Shown: in pieces, positions 57,646-64,000 of the stretch
How positions within the stretch are numbered: the stretch's first letter is position 1
Layout: each line of letters opens with the position of its first letter
NCBI GenBank assembly: GCA_041661265.1
Contig: JBAZUT010000008.1
Span: forward strand, 1,134-65,133
DNA: 64,000 bases
Direction of reading: 5' to 3'
From: Minisyncoccota bacterium
GTDB taxonomy: Bacteria > Patescibacteriota > Minisyncoccia > JAHIHE01 > JAGLIN01
Made by a program: the position numbers and the translations under genes
Notes under the pieces: generated by a model
Told to the model about the DNA's origin: nothing
Databases searched by the model: none
Seen by the model: only the letters and a program-made list of their open reading frames with translations

Positions 57646-58371
57646 ATGAAAGGGATAATCTTGGCCGGAGGAAATGGCACTAGGCTTTTGCCTTGTACCA
57701 TGGTGATCAATAAACATCTCTTGCCTGTCTATGATAAACCGATGATCTATTACCCATTGCGGACTTTGGCTTATGCCGGAATAAAAGAAGTTTTAATAGT
57801 CATAGGAGGTAATAATCCGGGTGATTTCGTAAAACTTCTGAAGAATGGCAAAAGTTTCGGCTTAAAGGGAATCAATTATGAGTATCAGGAGGGGTCTGGC
57901 GGAATTGCCCAGGCGCTTAGCTTGGCAGAAGATTTTGCGAATAAAGAAAAGATCGCTGTACTGCTCGGAGACAATATCATTGAGGATAATATAAAAAAAA
58001 GTGTTGAAGATTTTAAAACTCAAAAAAAAGGCGCTAAGTTGTTTTTAAAAGAGGTGTCTGATCCTGAGAGATTCGGCGTTGCGGAGATAAAAGGAAATAA
58101 AATTATTGCGATTGAAGAGAAACCCAAAAAGCCTAAGACCAAATTAGCCGTTACCGGATTATACATGTACGATAGCCATGTTTTTGATGTCATAAGGACT
58201 TTGAAGCCTTCTGATCGCGGAGAACTGGAAATTACCGATGTCAACAACTATTATATTAAAAACAGTAATGTGACTTTTGAGATATTGAGTGGATATTGGG
58301 GTGATGTCGGGAAATTCGATTCGTTGCATGAAGCGGCGGATTATGTCAAAAGCAAGCACTTTAGATATTAG
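57646..58371 (+). CDS. rfbA: Glucose-1-phosphate thymidylyltransferase (short form)
   Basis: GIILAGG.GTRL.P.T...NKHLLPVYDKPMIYYP, EEKP, RGELEITD. Confidence 0.92.
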   Translation: MKGIILAGGNGTRLLPCTMVINKHLLPVYDKPMIYYPLRTLAYAGIKEVLIVIGGNNPGDFVKLLKNGKSFGLKGINYEYQEGSGGIAQALSLAEDFANKEKIAVLLGDNIIEDNIKKSVEDFKTQKKGAKLFLKEVSDPERFGVAEIKGNKIIAIEEKPKKPKTKLAVTGLYMYDSHVFDVIRTLKPSDRGELEITDVNNYYIKNSNVTFEILSGYWGDVGKFDSLHEAADYVKSKHFRY

Positions 58372-58444
58372 ATCACAGTCCTTGTATAAAGATCATTGTT
58401 TTTTTCGGATGGTATTGTCAGATCGAATGAAGTTAACTGTCCAA

Positions 58445-58471
58445 AAAAAGAAAGGCCGTCGCCTTTCTTTT
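58445..58471. terminator. Bidirectional terminator between the glycan cluster and the pilin array
   Basis: AAAAGAAAGGC-cgtc-GCCTTTCTTTT. Confidence 0.75.
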
Positions 58472-58497
58472 TAAAATTGATATCTTTTGCAATGTTT

Positions 58498-58869
58498 TTA
58501 GGAAACGCCCTTTGTCAGGACAACAGTAGAAACGACGATGACCATAGCATATGCGAGACCGCAGATGACCATGCCGATAACTCCGTAGGAGATAGTTTTC
58601 TTTGCAGTAGCAACTGAATCTTCATTTCCAGCAGCGGTTAGATATTGAAAACCGCCCATAATGATGACCAATGTAGCGATCATAGCGATGAAACCGAGAA
58701 TGAAGTTGGTAACATTCATAATCGATTGTATGATGTCGGTCTGTACGTTCTTTGGTGATCTTTTGGTTCCCCAAGTAGGGATAGTAGTAGCGAAAGCGAC
58801 TCCTGTCGTATATGCCAATGCGTATGCGATCGATAGAGAAGCAAATACGCTTTTTACCGTTTTTGTCAT
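58498..58869 (-). CDS. VirB2/TrbC-like pilin
   Basis: Signal peptide; GGFQYLTAAGNE.....AKKTI.YG..G; strong AAAGGAGGTGA RBS before ATG 58869. Confidence 0.85.
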   Translation of the reverse strand: MTKTVKSVFASLSIAYALAYTTGVAFATTIPTWGTKRSPKNVQTDIIQSIMNVTNFILGFIAMIATLVIIMGGFQYLTAAGNEDSVATAKKTISYGVIGMVICGLAYAMVIVVSTVVLTKGVS

Positions 58870-58918
58870 TTTGTTCACCTCCTTTCAAATATAATAAAAA
58901 TAATTTCTGTAATAATTT

Positions 58919-59293
58919 TTATGTTGGCTTTAATACGGTTTCAACCAGTACGACTACGATAGCGTAGGCGAGGCCGCAGATTATAAGTCCCAGAAGTCCG
59001 TTTTTGATGGTCTTTTTTCCGGTTTCGGCTTGTGATTCGTCTCCGGCAGAGGTTAGATACAAGATACCGCCCCAGATTATGGCAAGCACTGCGATCGAAC
59101 CGACAAATCCCAGGATCCAGTTCGTCATGTTCAGTATCGCTTTGTCAAAACTTGTCGGAACGCTGTTCGGCTTCGAAGGCGCTGACCACTTGCTCGCTGC
59201 GCTCGCGACTTCTGTCGCGAATAACATTATATTAACAAAAAAGAATGAAAAAATGTGCTTTAAATTCATTCTTTTGCAGTGATTTTCGGTCAT
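58919..59293 (-). CDS. VirB2/TrbC-like pilin
   Basis: WGGILYLTSAGDE.....GKKTI.N.L.GL. Confidence 0.85.
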   Translation of the reverse strand: MTENHCKRMNLKHIFSFFFVNIMLFATEVASAASKWSAPSKPNSVPTSFDKAILNMTNWILGFVGSIAVLAIIWGGILYLTSAGDESQAETGKKTIKNGLLGLIICGLAYAIVVVLVETVLKPT

Positions 59294-59325
59294 TTTTTTA
59301 TTTTATTTTTTAAAATATTTGAGAA

Positions 59326-59658
59326 CTATTTCAGTATCGTATTTACGAAGACTACGACCAATGCATAGGATATGCCCGAGATCACAAGTCCCATCAAAGC
59401 ATACTTGATCACTTTTTTGGCTTCGCTTGCAGTGTTCTGATCTCCCAGGGAATATGTGTATTTTATTCCGCCCCAGATAATCGCGAGCACTGCCATGGAA
59501 GCGACAAATCCCAGGATCCAGTTCGTCATATTCAGTACGGCTCTGTCAAAGTTACTAGGAAGGCCAAAATCATTTACGGGAAGGGCCCATTGCGCAGAGG
59601 CGATTTGGATCGGTGCAAGACAGACAGCTATATATAAAACAGGTTTTAATAAATTCAT
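59326..59658 (-). CDS. VirB2/TrbC-like pilin
   Basis: WGGIKY.YS.GD......AKKVIKYAL.GL. Confidence 0.85.
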   Translation of the reverse strand: MNLLKPVLYIAVCLAPIQIASAQWALPVNDFGLPSNFDRAVLNMTNWILGFVASMAVLAIIWGGIKYTYSLGDQNTASEAKKVIKYALMGLVISGISYALVVVFVNTILK

Positions 59659-59716
59659 GAGTTCTATTGCTTATCTTGTGTTAATTATTGCACAATAAGT
59701 CTTGAAGGTCAAATGG

Positions 59717-60112
59717 CTATGTAAGTATGGTGCTGACTACAACGATCAGGGCATAGGATATGCCTACAACTACAAGTCCCATGAGGGAATATTGGACTAT
59801 TTTTTTGCCCGTTTGAGCTTGTTCCTGGTTTCCTGTGGACATAATATAATATAAACCTCCAATAATGATCATTATAACACAAATCGCCGTTGCAAAACCC
59901 AGGATCCATCCTGTCAGGTCGTGCAGGGCTGCAGTGAAGGCTTTTGATGGAATTCCCGCTCCGCAATCCGCCTTACAATTGAAGATGTCTTCGCCTGCTT
60001 TCCAGTCGCACGTGCCGTCGGGGCAAGCGGCAGCGATCACCCTATTGGCAGAGAATGGCAGAAATGTAAAAAACAAAACTAACAATAATTGTGCGAAAAA
60101 ACGCTTTTTCAT
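59717..60112 (-). CDS. VirB2/TrbC-like pilin with small Cys-rich N-terminal module
   Basis: CPDGTCD...GE...NC..DC; GGLYYI.STGN.E....GKK. Confidence 0.85.
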   Translation of the reverse strand: MKKRFFAQLLLVLFFTFLPFSANRVIAAACPDGTCDWKAGEDIFNCKADCGAGIPSKAFTAALHDLTGWILGFATAICVIMIIIGGLYYIMSTGNQEQAQTGKKIVQYSLMGLVVVGISYALIVVVSTILT

Positions 60113-60127
60113 TCGTTTTGAATATTT

Positions 60128-60499
60128 TTATTTATGAGCGCGATAGTTTTCAATTGCCTTATGGAGCGCCGTTGCGGCGAGGTTTGAACAATGCATTTTG
60201 ACCGGAGGAAGCCCCTCGAGGCTGTCCGCTACATTCTTGTTGGAAATTTTTAATGCCTCGTCCAGCGTTTTTCCTTTGGCAAGGTCCGTTACCATCGATG
60301 AGGTGGCGATCGCAGCTGCGCAGCCCAGGGTTTCGAATTTAATATCCTCTATCGAATCATTTCTTTTGTCTACTTTTATATAAATTTTCATCAGATCTCC
60401 GCAGACCGGATTGCCTGCTTCGCCTATTGCGTCCGCTATTTCGATTTTACCATAATTGTGCGGCTTTGTAAAATGCTCTATGACCTTTTTTGAATACAT
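60128..60499 (-). CDS. iscU: Fe-S cluster scaffold IscU/NifU-like
   Basis: MYS.KV.EHF..P.N.G, GNPVCGD, GCAAAIA.SS, K.HCS.L. Confidence 0.92.
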   Translation of the reverse strand: MYSKKVIEHFTKPHNYGKIEIADAIGEAGNPVCGDLMKIYIKVDKRNDSIEDIKFETLGCAAAIATSSMVTDLAKGKTLDEALKISNKNVADSLEGLPPVKMHCSNLAATALHKAIENYRAHK

Positions 60500-60735
60500 A
60501 TATGTAAATTTATAGTCTCGCGGTGCTTGATTAATGCTCTTATTGTATAATATCATAGATTTGTGTCAAACGGGACTTTTGCGGGATGTTGAGGCGAAAC
60601 GCAAAAATGCGGTAAAGCTTCGAATTTGAATGTGTTTCTCCTACATTGCTCAGCCTACGTCCGGCTTTCCGTTCGTCGTAAAAATTTGACATTTATCCAA
60701 TGTTTGCTATTATTATATTACAGGAGATGATCATT

Positions 60736-60876
60736 GTGAAATCAAATAAAATAATTCCAGGCGAGGAAGAAAAGAAATTCATGGGAGAGCCTCTCCCAAT
60801 AAGATTTATGAACAGAATGTTCAATTTCTTCGGTTCTCTGGGACCGCCAAATAATGGTAAGGGCAGTTTTATGTAA
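60736..60876 (+). CDS. Putative 46-aa small protein (not in ORF track)
   Basis: MKSNKIIPGEEEKKFMGEPLPIRFMNRMFNFFGSLGPPNNGKGSFM; TTGACA-16-TATTAT promoter, GGAGATGA RBS, hairpin over the stop. Confidence 0.5.
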   Translation: MKSNKIIPGEEEKKFMGEPLPIRFMNRMFNFFGSLGPPNNGKGSFM

Positions 60877-60917
60877 CTTCCCTTTTATTTTATCAAGATC
60901 GCGCGTTGCGCGTTTTT

Positions 60918-63269
60918 TTATTCATTGTCAAAATTTCGTGTAAAAACAGTTCCAAATATTTTGTCCGATGCAAGGTCTGTGCTGGCCTTCATTTCATTCA
61001 CAGCCGCAATTTGCATATTATTGGAAGTCCATGCGATCTTCCAGTTTATGGGAATTGTGATCAATGAATTGAATTTGCTTCCCCTGCTTCCCAATTGTTT
61101 CTGGACCAAAATGCTATATTTTTCGGCAGGTTTCGTGTAGTCGTCGAAATTTATCTTATATGGAAGCTTGTACTTGTATGTAACTTCAACTTTTTCTTTG
61201 GGGCTGACAAAGACCCAGTTTCCGAATACGGTCTTTCCCGATTCTTCGAATATCTGCGTTTTGGAATCAACGTCGATCCTAATGGTCTTTTCTATTTTTT
61301 CAACATCCTCATCGGTCTTGAATCCGCTGTAGTCCATCGGAGGGGCATATTCTTCAATGGTATGGCCTTTTGCTTCAAGGAGCGTGCTTCCGAGCGGAAC
61401 ATACACTCTCATATAATCCGCGTTTACGCGATTATACCAGTCATAGTCGCTGTCTCCTCCATTGTGGATCCTGGTTATTTTTACGGTATCAATGATCGAA
61501 CCATCGGCCATTATTTCGGTCCGGAGATCTATTGTTTCGTCGACGACAGCATCCGTTTTAAATCCGTTAATGTTACTGTTCACGACGCTGAGATAGTCCC
61601 CGCTTGAGTTCTGGATCTGTCCTCCCCATCCTCGTTTCAGGATCATGTTCTCTATTTCAGCCTCTCTGTGAAAAAGGACGATATGTTTTTCTTTCAGGCT
61701 TTTTTCGAATGCCTCGAATGTTCTCAGGTATTTTGATATTTTTTCTTGGGTTGAAAGATTCTCGGTATCCAGAAGTTTTTCTATGATCCTCGGAGCAAGA
61801 TCAGCCAAGAACTTTTTGGGATTGTTCTCTTTCTTGTCATACAGTTCCTCGACTTGAAGCTGGGTCATCCTTAAAAAATTATCCTTGTCTACGATCGTAT
61901 TGTATTCGGGCATTGCGATCGGTCCGGTGATCCCTAAAATATTTTCTATCACATTCGGAGTGATGGCTATGACGCCGTCAACCGTCGGTCCGCCTGTTTT
62001 CTCATAGAATGAGGCAACCTTTTTCGCGCTGAGCGGAAAATCCGCAAACCAGTTCGCATCGTGCATGCTCCAGGCGGCGCTGATCTTCTGGATCGGCATC
62101 GGAGGAACTATCTTTTCTTTGAGCTGGCCATCCGGATTGAATATTCCATCCACGAAGAAGTTCTCCAATTTGCCGTTTTCGATGTCGGCGATGGCATAGC
62201 TTCCGATAAAACCTCCGCCTGCCCTGATCTCGGTATTGTTCTCAAATATGAAAAGATATTTTTGCAGGCGGTTTTCGCTGCCCAGCATTTTGAGCAGTAT
62301 CGGAATGTCCTGGTCCAGATTTTTCATGTTATTTGCGACATAAGGAACCTTGTCTTTCAGTGTGGCCAGTTTTTCGCGATAATCTTCCGGAACGAAAGCA
62401 TCATCGATATTCTGCATGTTGTCACTTGCAGTTTCCAGGTGTGTTGAAATTTTCCTGATGTGTCCCTGAAGAGGATATATCTGGTCGATGGAGAAATTGT
62501 TCTTGTCCAGAAAGGAAATATCTTCGAAAAGGCCGGCAGCTTCTTTTCCGGCAAGGGAGACATTTTCTCCCGCTGATGCGATGTTCTTTGCTGTGGAAAG
62601 AGGCGTGTTGATGGGGAGGCTGTTCAGGATTCCGGAGATCCCCATTCCGAGGTCATCGATAGTGTTTTTGGTATTTGAAAAATAGAGATTTGCATTGGAA
62701 AGATTATTTTGAGTATTTACCAGATCGGAATTCGAGATGGAAATGCCGGCATCTTTCAGGTATCCCAACGCCTTTGTTCCTTCGGCGAGAACCTGATCTT
62801 TTCTCTCCAGCTCTTTTTCGAGGGAAGCCAGGCCAAAGACCATGGATGTTACGACCAAGGCGGATGACAAGAAGAAAACGAAATTCTTCGCAAAAGAGAA
62901 TGACGGGCGGGACAGCAGCAGCTTTTTTTCAGGCCTATCCGCCGCACTCGACTCCTTCATCTCGTTGCGGGTGTTTTTTGTCTCGATCTTTTTTTGGGCG
63001 GATCCTTTTTCCGGCCTGATGTCTTGTGGGCCATCGTTCTTGAAAGCGGCCTGTTCTACCCAATCCTTTCTTTTTTGGAAGACACGTTCCGTGCCGATCT
63101 TCGCGCTTTCCGTCCTGATTATTCCGGAAACGGACTTTTTGTTATTTTTTGTCGGAGCATCGGCGTTCTTTCTGGAAACAGAAAAATTGCGGAGATCAAC
63201 TACGCCTTTTGTCCTCAAGTCCCCCCTCTGATAGAGAAGGTTGGATTTTCTAACGGGAATGATGTCCAC
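60918..63269 (-). CDS. DUF4012-type membrane-anchored protein
   Basis: YL..FENN.E.RA.GGFIGSY, HDANW..DFP.SA, VDGVIAI.P, Y.RVYVP.GS. Confidence 0.85.
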   Translation of the reverse strand: MDIIPVRKSNLLYQRGDLRTKGVVDLRNFSVSRKNADAPTKNNKKSVSGIIRTESAKIGTERVFQKRKDWVEQAAFKNDGPQDIRPEKGSAQKKIETKNTRNEMKESSAADRPEKKLLLSRPSFSFAKNFVFFLSSALVVTSMVFGLASLEKELERKDQVLAEGTKALGYLKDAGISISNSDLVNTQNNLSNANLYFSNTKNTIDDLGMGISGILNSLPINTPLSTAKNIASAGENVSLAGKEAAGLFEDISFLDKNNFSIDQIYPLQGHIRKISTHLETASDNMQNIDDAFVPEDYREKLATLKDKVPYVANNMKNLDQDIPILLKMLGSENRLQKYLFIFENNTEIRAGGGFIGSYAIADIENGKLENFFVDGIFNPDGQLKEKIVPPMPIQKISAAWSMHDANWFADFPLSAKKVASFYEKTGGPTVDGVIAITPNVIENILGITGPIAMPEYNTIVDKDNFLRMTQLQVEELYDKKENNPKKFLADLAPRIIEKLLDTENLSTQEKISKYLRTFEAFEKSLKEKHIVLFHREAEIENMILKRGWGGQIQNSSGDYLSVVNSNINGFKTDAVVDETIDLRTEIMADGSIIDTVKITRIHNGGDSDYDWYNRVNADYMRVYVPLGSTLLEAKGHTIEEYAPPMDYSGFKTDEDVEKIEKTIRIDVDSKTQIFEESGKTVFGNWVFVSPKEKVEVTYKYKLPYKINFDDYTKPAEKYSILVQKQLGSRGSKFNSLITIPINWKIAWTSNNMQIAAVNEMKASTDLASDKIFGTVFTRNFDNE

Positions 63270-63273
63270 AATA

Positions 63274-63378
63274 GAAAAATCAAAATTTAAAAATCAAAAT
63301 GCAAAATGAATGTGTTTTAAAAAATTTATAATTTTTAAAACTCCTAAATTTTGATCTTTGATTTTTGCACTTTGAATT
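63274..63378. repeat. ORF-less 7-mer-periodic inverted repeat
   Basis: AAAAATCAAAATTTAAAAATCAAAATGCAAAA facing TTTTGATCTTTGATTTTTGCACTTTGAA. Confidence 0.7.
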
Positions 63379-63424
63379 ATATCGGGATTTATTGAGTAAA
63401 GTATTATCTGTCGACAAAATGTTT

Positions 63425-64000
63425 TTACTTCAGCATCCTTTCGTATATTTTCAATGTTTCTCTTCCCATTTTTTCCCAGCTGTATTTTTTTACCTGCTCG
63501 AAACCTTTTTGTATGAGTTCATTATACAACTTTTTGTCCGTCAGAACCAGCCTCATTTTTTCCGCCATCTCCCTGTGGTTGTTCGGATCGAAATAGATCG
63601 CGGCGTCCCCAAGGATCTCTGGGAGGCTGGTTCTGTTTGACGAGATCACGGGCGTTCCCGAGGCGAATGACTCAAGGCCTATGAGGCCGAATCCTTCATA
63701 GAAAGAAGGTATAACAAATAAGCTCGCGGCATTGTAGAAGGCGGGAAGCTCTTCCTGGGCGATAAAGCCGATCCGCCTTATATCTTTTTCAAGGCCTAGT
63801 TTTTGCCAAGTTTTCCTGACTTCCGGATAATATGGATCTTCATTTCCGCCGAGAACCAGATCGAAATCCATTTTGTATTCTTTTTTCAGGACACCGAAAG
63901 CTTCTATGAGGCCTACGAGGTTCTTGTGATTCCTCCACACGCCCGTGTAAAAAATGAAAGGTTTATGAAGCGCGTATTTGCTTTTCAGCGCACTTATTTT
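63425..64000 (-). CDS. GT4 glycosyltransferase, C-terminal part (truncated by window edge)
   Basis: HKN...L, PSFYEGFGLIGLES.A.G.P, SLPEI.GDAA. Confidence 0.9.
   Translation of the reverse strand, partial: KISALKSKYALHKPFIFYTGVWRNHKNLVGLIEAFGVLKKEYKMDFDLVLGGNEDPYYPEVRKTWQKLGLEKDIRRIGFIAQEELPAFYNAASLFVIPSFYEGFGLIGLESFASGTPVISSNRTSLPEILGDAAIYFDPNNHREMAEKMRLVLTDKKLYNELIQKGFEQVKKYSWEKMGRETLKIYERMLK

Noticed and set aside
31925-58400. Integrative island at tRNA-Leu driven by the adjacent recombinase
   Set aside because: No duplicated tRNA-Leu 3' end found downstream by eye, and the enzyme resembles chromosomal XerC/D.

Overview
Chromosomal window of a bacterium whose gene content strongly suggests Patescibacteria/CPR, Parcubacteria-like. 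This assignment is inferred from the VirB6-PrgI-VirB4 locus, the tandem VirB2-like pilins, a DUF4012-type protein and the dense short palindromes. From left to right the window contains: the 3' end of rsmA; an SPFH operon; a T4SS-like locus (3.8-14.9 kb) interleaved with three four-helix-bundle (23S-IVS/Avd-like) genes and two REP-flanked GIY-YIG genes; a ~10 kb accessory region ending at tRNA-Ser(CGA); pnp, an NYN gene and rpsO; a Xer-type recombinase; tRNA-Leu(TAG); a ~25 kb surface-glycan cluster; four pilins; iscU; DUF4012; and a GT4. The accessory region is built from self-contained gene cassettes (secreted proteins and lipoproteins, an AbiE toxin-antitoxin pair, coiled coils, LemA-SBP-TPM). 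The three most notable unexplained structures are: (1) four copies of a ~110 bp two-stem hairpin with compensatory changes that punctuate the cassettes; (2) four-helix-bundle ORFs enclosed by inverted repeats, with ORF-less versions of the same 7-mer-periodic inverted repeats elsewhere; (3) paralogous cassettes that share promoter, leader and signal peptide but carry unrelated mature domains and GGAGGTGA-type ribosome-binding sites, unlike most core genes here. All calls come from reading motifs by eye; no database searches were run.
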